From Acaryochloridaceae cyanobacterium VAR_48_metabat_390 (lineage in GTDB: Bacteria > Cyanobacteriota > Cyanobacteriia > Thermosynechococcales > Thermosynechococcaceae), in contig JANPLU010000064.1 in assembly GCA_031422435.1 (NCBI GenBank), positions 1-19,037 of the forward strand: 19,037 nucleotides of DNA, given 5' to 3'. Positions within the stretch are counted from its first letter, which is position 1; each line of letters starts with the position of its first letter. A program made the position numbers and the translations under genes. Under the pieces are notes generated by a model that saw only the letters and a program-made list of their open reading frames with translations, did not search any database and was not told where the DNA came from. Shown here in pieces: positions 1 through 9,464 of the stretch.

Positions 1-127
1 CGGCTAGGGTGGGAATCATCAACACGCCGAACCAACCGATGTATAAACGGTTGTCGGTGCTGGTGATCCAGCTACAAAACTTTTCCCATGCGCTGGCGCT
101 TTCGCGTCTTTGCAATACTGTTGTCAT
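1..127 (-). CDS. psbA: Photosystem II D1 protein, 5' end (runs off the window edge)
   Basis: Not in the ORF track. Manual translation from ATG 127 gives [42 protein letters not shown], the D1 N-terminus. Confidence 0.97.
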   Translation of the reverse strand, partial: MTTVLQRRESASAWEKFCSWITSTDNRLYIGWFGVLMIPTLA

Positions 128-187
128 GATCTTATAAGTGCTAGATGGATGTATTAGCTCAACGTAGTACGTTTCTGCTATGTACTG

Positions 188-217
188 ATTATGACCTACA
201 ACGTTTACTTTTGTAAA
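188..217 (-). promoter_or_regulatory. Putative sigma70-type psbA promoter
   Basis: Minus strand reads TTTACA (217-212), an 18-nt spacer, then CATAAT (193-188). TTTACA is a typical cyanobacterial psbA -35 element. Predicted start site near 181. Confidence 0.6.
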
Positions 218-351
218 GCTTTTGATGCAATTCTGAGGATCAAAGCAAACATAACGAGTTTTGCAAAGTGAGAAAAAGTCTATAGGTACTGCTATTCAAA
301 GGTTTTGTGAATTAACGTAAATAGAATAAATGATTTCTGTTCTGTTACAAA

Positions 352-702
352 CTACTTTACAAAGGCATTGATGAGCGTTGCCAAGGCAAAGCCAACCCCT
401 GCAAACCTAAGAAATTGCCAAAATAGCTCTTCTTTGTCTCGCCAGGTAATGAGATGACTTTCAAGGTCTTCCCAGGTTTGGGCAAGTTGAGTTTTGATGG
501 TTTCAAGCTCTATTTTGAGTTCTAACAGGCGGGCTTCAAGTTCTGGCTGCTGAGTTTTAGCGGTCTGAATTTGTTGGTAGCGCGTTTTGACCACGTCAAG
601 GAGTTCTTCGGCTTCCTGGAGCGATCGCCCCACATCCATTCCGTCATCTGTAGAAGGTAGCGGCTGGGAAGACTCTGGGACATTTTGTTCGGCTGGTTCC
701 AT
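352..702 (-). CDS. Hypothetical coiled-coil protein with a C-terminal membrane anchor
   Basis: Acidic disordered N-terminus, heptad-rich middle, and a hydrophobic tail (FWQFLRFAGVGFALATLINAF) like conserved cyanobacterial hypotheticals. Start ATG 702 or GTG 708. Confidence 0.75.
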   Translation of the reverse strand: MEPAEQNVPESSQPLPSTDDGMDVGRSLQEAEELLDVVKTRYQQIQTAKTQQPELEARLLELKIELETIKTQLAQTWEDLESHLITWRDKEELFWQFLRFAGVGFALATLINAFVK

Positions 703-862
703 AGACACTAAGGCGCAATACTCAAAGAACCGCTATCACCTTACCCTGATTGCGGCCTAGGCTACAAATCATTTCCATAGGACAGACATTTGTTAAAGCA
801 GATATTCGTTTTCAACCATCCTGCTAAGGCAAGATGGTACAGGTCTGTAAAGGAGAAAGGCT

Positions 863-2575
863 GTGGGTGCTGTCATCATGCGCTATGGAGGGTTGGCAAT
901 GGCGATCGCCGTTGGCCTTATCCTTCGCTTTTGGAACCTAGATCTCAAGCCGCTATGGCTCGATGAAACCATCACGCTCCTGTTTTCGCTCGGCAGGCGC
1001 TATGACGATATCCCCCGTGAGGTTTTGCTGCCCCTAGGCGATTTGCTGCAAACGCTGACTTGGCAACCCCAAACCTGTGGGGCGATCGCCCAAAATATTA
1101 GCCAACAATCCACCCATCCGCCGCTGTTTTTTTGCTTAATGCATCAGTGGATGGGCTACCTGCAAGGGTCTGGGCATTCTCTGCGGTGGCAGGTGCGATC
1201 GCTCAGTGCGCTGTTTGGGGTAGGGGCGATCGCCGTTATGTACATCCTTAATCGCGTGGCGTTTTCTCATAAAGCGGGTTTGTGGGCGGCGGGGTTAATG
1301 GCGGTGTCGCCCTTTGCAGTGTATTTGTCTCAAGAGGCGCGGCATTACACGCTGCCGATGCTGATTATTGCTGCATCTTTGATTCCAGTCATCCAAATCT
1401 GCGCGGCAGATAAGCCAAAGCTTTTACCTTGGTTAGCGTGGGTTGGGCTGAATAGCTTAGGCTTTTATGTGCATTATTTTTGTGTGCTGGCGTTTGCGGC
1501 TCAGGTCACTACGCTAGTAGCGATTTTTCTGAAGCAGAGAAAGTCTGTTTTGAGAGTGGCGATCGCAACCAGCAGCGTCATCTTCAGCATTTTGCCCTGG
1601 CTCCCCGTGTTGCTTGACCATACTCAACGCCCAGAAACCGACTGGCTCAAGTTTAATTCTGCCAATTTGGGGCTGCATTGGTTAGAACCCATCGGGCGAC
1701 TGTTCGCAAGCAGCATTGTCACAGTGATTATGCTACCCGTTGAAGATCAGTCCCTTCCAATCACAGTTTTGAATGGGTTGCTCATGCTGAGCTTCATTGG
1801 ATACTTAATCAGGTGGCTCTGGCAAGGTAGAGAAAAATTATTTCAGACTCCACAGGCTCGTCAGAATGCCCAAGTTTTGCAATACTTTTTGCTGGCGATC
1901 GCCGTAGAGTTCTTCTCATTAATCTATATTTTGCACAAAGACCTAACCTTAGCCTTTCGCTATAATTTTATTTTTTATCCAGCGCTTTGTGCCTTGTTGG
2001 CTGCGAGCATTTCAGAACTTTCGGATCAAGGACATAAAGGCGCATTAAAAAAGTTTCTACCTTGGTCGTTGATCTTGGTTGGCATCATCAGCACAGGGTT
2101 TGTTGTGACGGATGCGGCCTTTGCGAAACCCTTCGCACCGAAACAAATTGCCCAAAAACTTTTGAACCAAAGTTCCAAGACTGATCTCGTCGTGGTCAAA
2201 AATTATGAAAACTCTCAGGATGTGGCTTTAGGACTCAGTTTTGCCCTAGCGACCGATCAGTTTAAGAACAGCATTGTAAAGTCACCAAACAGCATCGACT
2301 GGGGCTTTACGAAATCAGTACAGCCAACAGAAGACATACTGAGGAGGCAAAAGCATACGCCAAGTGCGAAGCGATTCCCCAATAATCCCTTTACACTCTG
2401 GCGCATTAGCAGTTTGGGCATCAACAAGCCTCCAATGCCTGAACAAGTAAAGCTTAAGCTTTCCGAAAAAACAGTTCAGGCAAAGGCTGCAAATTGTCTT
2501 GCTCCTCAGCCTACCTTCTCAAAGATGGGTTTGACCTATCAGCGTTACGACTGCAAGGCAGACTTAGGAGGCTGA
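863..2575 (+). CDS. Membrane glycosyltransferase, GT39/PMT-ArnT-like (GT-C fold)
   Basis: LRFWNLDLKPLWLDE, HPPLFF and SPFAVYLSQEARHY motifs; many TM helices; AGGAG 7 nt before GTG 863. Confidence 0.85.
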   Translation: MGAVIMRYGGLAMAIAVGLILRFWNLDLKPLWLDETITLLFSLGRRYDDIPREVLLPLGDLLQTLTWQPQTCGAIAQNISQQSTHPPLFFCLMHQWMGYLQGSGHSLRWQVRSLSALFGVGAIAVMYILNRVAFSHKAGLWAAGLMAVSPFAVYLSQEARHYTLPMLIIAASLIPVIQICAADKPKLLPWLAWVGLNSLGFYVHYFCVLAFAAQVTTLVAIFLKQRKSVLRVAIATSSVIFSILPWLPVLLDHTQRPETDWLKFNSANLGLHWLEPIGRLFASSIVTVIMLPVEDQSLPITVLNGLLMLSFIGYLIRWLWQGREKLFQTPQARQNAQVLQYFLLAIAVEFFSLIYILHKDLTLAFRYNFIFYPALCALLAASISELSDQGHKGALKKFLPWSLILVGIISTGFVVTDAAFAKPFAPKQIAQKLLNQSSKTDLVVVKNYENSQDVALGLSFALATDQFKNSIVKSPNSIDWGFTKSVQPTEDILRRQKHTPSAKRFPNNPFTLWRISSLGINKPPMPEQVKLKLSEKTVQAKAANCLAPQPTFSKMGLTYQRYDCKADLGG

Positions 2576-3103
2576 ACCGATAATCTGGCGTTGGTACTCT
2601 TGTTCACTCATGAGTTCATGGGTGCTTTCAACGCGATCTATAAAGACAACGCCCTGAAGGTGGTCATATTCGTGCTGAAAAATCCGCGCTACAAAGTCGT
2701 GCAGTATCTGTCGTTGCGGTTGTCCATCACGGTCTACGTAGTCTATGGTCACGGATCTATAGCGAGGCACCAAGCCACGGATGCCTGGAACACTCAAACA
2801 CCCTTCCCAACCTTTTTCTGTTTCGTCAGAATGCTCAACCAGTTGAGGGTTCAGCATTGGGGTTGGCGACATTTCTGGCGCATGGGGATAGCGCGGTGTG
2901 GGGCGAGATGCAATAATCACAAGCTGCTTTAAGATACCGACCTGAGGCGCTGCAATGCCAACACCTCCCGCTTGCGTCATCGTCTGCAAAAGGTCGTCAA
3001 TGATTGCCTGTAGCTTAGGGTCTTGAACAGTCTCAATCCGTTCAGCACACTGCCTTAGGGTTGGGTTGCCCAACTGCACAATGTTAGGGGTTGTTTCTGG
3101 CAT
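2564..3103 (-). CDS. def: Peptide deformylase
   Basis: All three PDF motifs present: GVGIAAPQ, EGCLS, HEYDH. Confidence 0.97.
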   Translation of the reverse strand: MPETTPNIVQLGNPTLRQCAERIETVQDPKLQAIIDDLLQTMTQAGGVGIAAPQVGILKQLVIIASRPTPRYPHAPEMSPTPMLNPQLVEHSDETEKGWEGCLSVPGIRGLVPRYRSVTIDYVDRDGQPQRQILHDFVARIFQHEYDHLQGVVFIDRVESTHELMSEQEYQRQIIGSAS

Positions 3104-3115
3104 CGTCCTAACAAT

Positions 3116-4117
3116 CTAAAACTGCTTCAAGAAACGGAGATCGCTGGTATAGAGCCGACGGATATCGTCAATTTGGTGAAGCACCATTGCAAACCGCTCT
3201 ACGCCAAAGCCAGCGGCAAACCCCGTATACACTTCAGGATCGTAACCTGCCGTTTTAAGGACGTTAGGGTCAACCATGCCGCAGCCTAAAACCTCTAGCC
3301 AACGACCATTCCACTGCACATCTACTTCAGCAGAAGGCTCGGTAAACGGGAAATAGCTGGCTCTAAAGCGAATGGGCACCGAACCAAACATCTCTTCTAA
3401 AAAGATTTTGATGGTGCCTTTAAGATCCGTAAACGTTAGCCCCTCATCGATCGCCAAAATCTCAATCTGATGAAACACTGCTGCATGAGTGGCATCTTCT
3501 GTATCGCGGCGATAGCAGCGCCCTGGGGCAATAATGCGAATGGGCGGATCGTTGTCTTCCATGTATCGAATCTGCACAGAAGACGTGTGGGTTCTCAGCA
3601 GATTGCCGTCTGGGAGATAAAAAGTATCCTGCATATCACGAGCAGGGTGATCGGGTGGCGTATTGAGCGCCTCAAAGTTGTAGTAGTCTGTCTCTATTTC
3701 AGGGCCGTCTGCTACGGTGTAGCCTAATCCCACAAAAATATCTAAAGCTCTATCCATCATCGCGTTGAGCGGATGGATGCGCCCTTGCGGGATGTAGGTG
3801 CCAGGCATGGTTACGTCTAGTGTTTCAGATTCAAGCTGAGCCTGAATCTGAGCCGTTTGGAGTTCAGATTTTTTCTGCTCTAGGGCAGACTGCACTAGCT
3901 CTTTAACATCATTGGCAACGGCACCAATGCGGGGGCGATCGCCAGCATCCAGTTTCCCCATCCCCTTCAAAATTTGGGAGAGTTCACCTTTTTTGCCTAA
4001 ATAGCTCACCCGTAGCTGCTCTACCGCATCAAGGGTTGCGGCAGCGGCGATCGCCGTTTGCGCCTCGGCTTGCAAAGTTGCTAATTGCTGTTCTAAATCA
4101 CTAAGCAGCGTTGACAT
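3116..4117 (-). CDS. pheS: Phenylalanine-tRNA ligase alpha subunit
   Basis: [32 protein letters not shown] and [10 protein letters not shown] motifs. Confidence 0.98.
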   Translation of the reverse strand: MSTLLSDLEQQLATLQAEAQTAIAAAATLDAVEQLRVSYLGKKGELSQILKGMGKLDAGDRPRIGAVANDVKELVQSALEQKKSELQTAQIQAQLESETLDVTMPGTYIPQGRIHPLNAMMDRALDIFVGLGYTVADGPEIETDYYNFEALNTPPDHPARDMQDTFYLPDGNLLRTHTSSVQIRYMEDNDPPIRIIAPGRCYRRDTEDATHAAVFHQIEILAIDEGLTFTDLKGTIKIFLEEMFGSVPIRFRASYFPFTEPSAEVDVQWNGRWLEVLGCGMVDPNVLKTAGYDPEVYTGFAAGFGVERFAMVLHQIDDIRRLYTSDLRFLKQF

Positions 4118-4205
4118 ATCAGATGGACTAAGTAGATTAGGGTGGCCTTGATCTTAACCCATGACGGTAAGGCTGCTGCTAAGCCAAGCGCAATCAGCTA
4201 AAACC

Positions 4206-4454
4206 TTAAGCTGCTATCGGATCTGAAGCTGCCATTGCTTCGTCACAGTGGCAGGTGTAGGGCGCATGGGCTTCATAAATTTTGGATGCCTGAGACATAT
4301 GCATCTCAATGTTTTCCATCAAAAAGAGGTGACTCGAAGACGCTTTAGGGTTCATTAAGGCTGTCACCAGCGTCGTACTTTCTTTGAGTGTCACTGGTCG
4401 CTGCCAGTGAGCTTCGAGCGCTTTTTCAGCTCTATGACGGCAATATGGTTGCAT
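4206..4454 (-). CDS. Hypothetical 82-aa protein
   Basis: ATG ORF that fills otherwise empty space, with AGGGGG 6 nt upstream and an AT-rich promoter-like region beyond it. No family recognised. Confidence 0.55.
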   Translation of the reverse strand: MQPYCRHRAEKALEAHWQRPVTLKESTTLVTALMNPKASSSHLFLMENIEMHMSQASKIYEAHAPYTCHCDEAMAASDPIAA

Positions 4455-4553
4455 AAATTCCCCCTAAGGTGGTGAAGGATTTGCTGAACTTAGGCATTGT
4501 TGCTTAGTCGTTAAGCTTAGTTTGTAACTTTCCTAACAAAATTGCAACAATTT

Positions 4554-4582
4554 TTTAAAATATCTTTCTTTAGATATATAAT
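4554..4582 (+). promoter_or_regulatory. Possible fabG promoter
   Basis: TTTAAA (4554-4559), 17 nt, then TATAAT (4577-4582). The AT-rich context makes a chance match possible. Confidence 0.35.
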
Positions 4583-4706
4583 GCGGCATCTTAAAATTCT
4601 TCCCTCTTTTTTGTGCGATTAGACATTTCCTTTGAGATGCGCTGAACATAGGGTTAAGCATGGCGCACCATACCCTAAGATGGTTGAGCAGTTTTGTTTG
4701 ACCTGA

Positions 4707-5468
<762 letters not shown>

Positions 5469-5498
5469 GAATTTCTTAAACGCTGGACTTTAAGCATT

Positions 5499-5544
5499 AA
5501 ACCCCTGAGGCAAATGTAGCGTGTTAACTCAGGGGTTTTTCTTT
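5499..5544. terminator. Intrinsic terminator between convergent fabG and rlpA-like genes
   Basis: Perfect 11-bp inverted repeat AAACCCCTGAG (5499-5509) / CTCAGGGGTTT (5528-5538), followed by a T-rich tract on the + strand. Confidence 0.7.
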
Positions 5545-5552
5545 TGCCTTCA

Positions 5553-5897
5553 CTAGCGCAAAGGTCTAACCGAAACGGGTGCAACACCAGAGCTAAGTAG
5601 CCCAATTTGCCCAGCAGCAGCTCTGCTGAGGTCAATGCCGCAATTACAGCGGTCATTAATGCGGACGGTTACTGAACGACCATTATTCAAATTTGTGACT
5701 TGCACAACGGTTCCGAGTCGATAGGAAGGATGTGCGGCGGTATAGCCATGTTCGCTGTAGGGTTCGCCAGAGGCAGTCGGGGAACCAACGTAGGCACTGC
5801 TGTAGTATGTAGCGGTTTCGGCCTGAGCCGCAGCGGGTACGAAGGGTAGGTAGGCCGAGGCGGCGATCGCAAATAGCGTGAGTGATTTCTTGAGCAT
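5553..5897 (-). CDS. rlpA: Secreted RlpA-family (DPBB) lytic transglycosylase-like protein
   Basis: Sec signal ending [34 protein letters not shown] and IDLSRAAA motifs. DPBB domain only. Confidence 0.85.
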   Translation of the reverse strand: MLKKSLTLFAIAASAYLPFVPAAAQAETATYYSSAYVGSPTASGEPYSEHGYTAAHPSYRLGTVVQVTNLNNGRSVTVRINDRCNCGIDLSRAAAGQIGLLSSGVAPVSVRPLR

Positions 5898-6602
5898 GGG
5901 TTCTTTGTTAAAACGTCATTCGCTTGTCTAGCCCACCGTATCAATGCCCTAGAAAATCCGTCAAACTATATATTTTTGATCTTGTCAATCTAAGAAATGT
6001 ATGCGTAAAGCATGAGTCAATTCCTCTAACGCTCTAGGGTTGACCGTTTATTTGCACTGCAAATTTACCCCAGGAAGTATAAATACTTAGTCAGGCTTCT
6101 CTGACATCTTTCTGCAAAACCCCATTGATACGTCTGAATGGATGCATTAGGGAATGTGTGTCTTAAATCTGTGAATGACTATAGCTATCGGGGATCACAG
6201 GAAACATAAGCCGCTTAAAATGTCTTTCAAAGATTACATCTGCTTATGTTTAGGCAGATCAAAAATTAAAAAATGTAATTCTAGAGGTGCTTAAAACGTC
6301 TCTAGGATGGGCACTCCTTTGGTTTTAAGGATAAAAGATGGGAGGAATAAAGGGATGGAATTCTTTCGTAGAGGGTGTTTCATAAAATTCCCCTTTTAAA
6401 ACACGACTCATGCTTGACTCAATTTTTAACAACGAAAGTGAAGGGCAATATTTGAATGCTAATTTCAAAGCACAACTGTATCTGAATGCCGTTATCTTCT
6501 GCTTAAAAAATTGATGGAAGTTGACGATAGTAAATCGGCATTTACGTGAGGGTACGCTATGGAGTGCGGATAGTTGTGCTGTTAGGCAGCGGTGGAAGAT
6601 TT

Positions 6603-7193
6603 ATGGGCTTTTTAATTTTCTTAGTTGCAGTGGTTGCCATTACGGTCGTCATTGGCATGAATTTGTACAACCGTCTGGTTTCGCTGCGCAATCGCTTCAA
6701 AAATGCCTACGCTCAGATTGATGTGCAGCTTCAGCGTCGGTATGACCTGATTCCAAATTTGGTCGAGACGGCAAAGGGATACATGAAGCATGAGCGCGAA
6801 ACCCTAGAGGCTGTCATTGCGGCTCGTAATGCTGCCCAAACCGCCAATAGTCGGGCGGCTCAGAATCCTGGAGATCCACAGGCGATGCAGCAGTTGGGTG
6901 CAGCAGAGACGGGGCTAAATGGAGCGCTCAGTCGATTGATGGTGGTTTCAGAGGCGTATCCCGATCTCAAGGCCGATCAAACCATGACAACTGTTATGGA
7001 AGAGCTGTCTTCTACGGAAAATAAGGTCGCTTTTGCACGACAGGCCTTTAACGATTCCGTCATGTTTTACAACACAGCCCGTGAGTCATTTCCTGGCAAT
7101 CTTGTGGCAAACCAGTGGGCGTTTGGCCCCGCAGAGCTATTGGCAGAGGTTGCACCTGAAGTAAAAGCAGCGCCTCGCATCTCTTTTAGCTAA
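6603..7193 (+). CDS. lemA: LemA family protein
   Basis: N-terminal TM helix; IDVQLQRRYDLIPNLVETAKGY, EAYPDLKA and ENKVAFARQAFND motifs. Likely start ATG 6603. Confidence 0.95.
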   Translation: MGFLIFLVAVVAITVVIGMNLYNRLVSLRNRFKNAYAQIDVQLQRRYDLIPNLVETAKGYMKHERETLEAVIAARNAAQTANSRAAQNPGDPQAMQQLGAAETGLNGALSRLMVVSEAYPDLKADQTMTTVMEELSSTENKVAFARQAFNDSVMFYNTARESFPGNLVANQWAFGPAELLAEVAPEVKAAPRISFS

Positions 7194-7203
7194 ACCTTAA
7201 GCC

Positions 7204-9309
7204 ATGAATTTTTTTGAGCAGCAGGATCAAGCCCGCAAAAGTACGCGGCTGCTTGTGGGGTTATTTGGGCTGTCCGTCGCGGCGATGACGGGCTGTATTT
7301 ATTTAGCAGCCATTGTGTCAATGGGGGTTTCGCCGCTCAGCGGATCGAGCTGCAAGAAGTCGTCACTGCCGGAGGCGATCGCCATTGTTGCCAGCAGAAG
7401 TTCATCTCGTGGGTCGCTGAGTCGCCCTAGATCTTTGCGTTCTACGTCTAGCTTTGGGTCATCTTCCTATGATTCCAATCCCTTTGGCAGCCGATACCCA
7501 AGATCTTCGTCTTTTGAGCGTCGTAACGGCAGATACTACAGCGCGTCCTGCTCAGAATCAAGCATTGTGGCACGGAGCTGGTTTCATCCGCAGATTTTGT
7601 TTTGGGTTACGCTCATCACGTCATCGGTGGTGGGGATGGCAAGTCTCTATAAAGTAAACCAGCTTAAGGGTGGTGGAGCCATTATTGCCCAAGAACTCGG
7701 CGGCGAATTACTGCTGAGCGAAACAGCCGATGCGCAAGGACAGCAACTGCTGAATATTGTGGAAGAAATGGCGATCGCCGCTGGTATACCCATCCCCTAT
7801 GTGTATCTGCTCAACCACGAAACCGAAATCAATGCGTTTGCCGCAGGGTTTGACCCCAAAGATGCAGTAATTGGGGTGACGCGCGGTAGTCTAGAGCAGC
7901 TTACGCGTGATGAGCTACAGGGCGTGATTGGTCATGAGTTTAGCCATATTCTCAATGGGGATATGGGGCTAAATATTAAGTTAATGGGGCTGCTTCACGG
8001 CATTTTGTTTGTTTATATTGCAGGGCGTGTCCTATGCAGCGGCAGCTCTCGCAATAACCCTGCCTGGGGTTTTGGATTGGCATTGGTCGGGATTGGATCT
8101 ATGGGGCTGCTAGGCGGTCGCTTAATTCAAAGTGCGGTATCGCGCCAGCGGGAGTTTTTAGCCGATGCTTCGGCGGTGCAGTTTACGCGCAACCCCAGCG
8201 GCATTGCGGGTGCCCTCGAAAAATTAGCGGGGATTGGTTCTCGATTAGGGTCGCCCCATGCCCAGGCTGCTAGCCATATGTTTTTTGGCAATGCGATGGG
8301 CTTTGCCTGGGCTGGCGATATGTTTGCGACGCATCCTTCTTTATTGAAGCGAATTGAGAAGATTCGAGGGGTAAGAGTGAGCGGTGGCGCGGTTCAATTG
8401 CAGACCAGCAGCAGAATCCGCTCTGGAATGATGGGTTTTGCTGGCACTTCAGGCGGCAGATCTGCGCCTGAGCAAATGGTTCGGCAGGTGGGTACCGTCA
8501 CGCCAGAACGATACGCTCATATCCAAGGGTTGCTGGCGCAGTTGCCGGAATCTTTGCGCAGTGCTATTCGAGAACCTCAGGGGGCGATCGCCGCAATCTA
8601 TGCGCTGTTTCTACACTCAGAAGACCCTGCACTCGGCGATCGACAAATGCAGCAGTTAAGCAAAACCGTCCCCGAAGATCAGTTGGCACAAATTTTAGCG
8701 CTCGATGCAGACATTCGGTTTTTAGACCCTCGTTTACGGCTACCCCTATTAGATTTGGCGATTCCTGCGTTGCGTCAGTGCCCACCGGAACAGCTTCTAC
8801 CCCTTTTAAAAGGGGTAGAAGATTTGGCGATCGCCGATGGTGAATGGTCAATGAGCGAATTTGTTCTATTTCTGGTGCTTCAGCGACGGCTAGATGCAGT
8901 TCTGTTTCCTCATCGTGAAACGCCCGTTCAGTATCAGACCTTAGACCAGATTTTGCCAGACTGCTTCGCGGTACTTTCAGCCTTAGCCAGTGCGGGGAAC
9001 GAGAAAGTAGAGGCGATCGCCTATGCCTTCAGATGTGGCGCGTTTAAGCTGCCTGGGGCGACTACCCAATTGGTGCCAGACGTACCGCCTAGCTGGAGTT
9101 TAGCCACACTGCCACAGCATCTAGAACGCTTGCGACAGGCTGCACCTAAGCTTAAGCAGTCTATTATTAGTGCCTGTGCCCATACCGTTTTACTAGATAG
9201 CAACGTAACGGAGCAAGAAGCCGAGCTACTGAGAGCTGTGACCATTGCGTTAGATTGTCCTATCCCACCCTTCCTTAACTCAATACGCGCTTCAAAGTCA
9301 GCTGCGTAA
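7204..9309 (+). CDS. M48 (HtpX-like) membrane zinc metallopeptidase with a long helical C-terminal region
   Basis: INAFAAG, HEFSH (HEXXH), SRQREFLADASAV and ATHP motifs; 10 nt downstream of lemA. Confidence 0.92.
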   Translation: MNFFEQQDQARKSTRLLVGLFGLSVAAMTGCIYLAAIVSMGVSPLSGSSCKKSSLPEAIAIVASRSSSRGSLSRPRSLRSTSSFGSSSYDSNPFGSRYPRSSSFERRNGRYYSASCSESSIVARSWFHPQILFWVTLITSSVVGMASLYKVNQLKGGGAIIAQELGGELLLSETADAQGQQLLNIVEEMAIAAGIPIPYVYLLNHETEINAFAAGFDPKDAVIGVTRGSLEQLTRDELQGVIGHEFSHILNGDMGLNIKLMGLLHGILFVYIAGRVLCSGSSRNNPAWGFGLALVGIGSMGLLGGRLIQSAVSRQREFLADASAVQFTRNPSGIAGALEKLAGIGSRLGSPHAQAASHMFFGNAMGFAWAGDMFATHPSLLKRIEKIRGVRVSGGAVQLQTSSRIRSGMMGFAGTSGGRSAPEQMVRQVGTVTPERYAHIQGLLAQLPESLRSAIREPQGAIAAIYALFLHSEDPALGDRQMQQLSKTVPEDQLAQILALDADIRFLDPRLRLPLLDLAIPALRQCPPEQLLPLLKGVEDLAIADGEWSMSEFVLFLVLQRRLDAVLFPHRETPVQYQTLDQILPDCFAVLSALASAGNEKVEAIAYAFRCGAFKLPGATTQLVPDVPPSWSLATLPQHLERLRQAAPKLKQSIISACAHTVLLDSNVTEQEAELLRAVTIALDCPIPPFLNSIRASKSAA

Positions 9310-9464
9310 GGCATTTGCAACGCTGTACCTGTGTTCTCATGGTGTCCTGACCCAAGAGTAACCCAAGGAGTTTGCGCTTTTTATCTAAGGTTAATGAAGG
9401 GTTCATACCAACCTCAGAGCAGTGGCGTAGGCTATGTCTAGTGAACTGCGATCGCCGAGTCATC

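Noticed and set aside
1..10. D1 reads IPTLA rather than the usual IPTLL
   Set aside because: One codon at the window edge in a multicopy gene; it cannot be told apart from an assembly artefact, and the diagnostic D1-isoform residues lie outside the window.
2564..2575. 12-nt convergent overlap between the glycosyltransferase and def
   Set aside because: Short tail-to-tail overlaps are common.
3116..4117. pheS without pheT
   Set aside because: The two genes are commonly unlinked in cyanobacteria.
5898..6200. Possible c-di-AMP (ydaO) riboswitch upstream of rlpA
   Set aside because: I could not find the conserved GCTGAA and CCGTCAGCTAAC elements on the minus strand.
6546..6602. N-terminal extensions in the ORF track (lemA 6546, msrB 9372, mgtC 11220, cytochrome 14116)
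   Set aside because: Downstream starts fit the family lengths, signal peptides and ribosome-binding sites or overlaps better.
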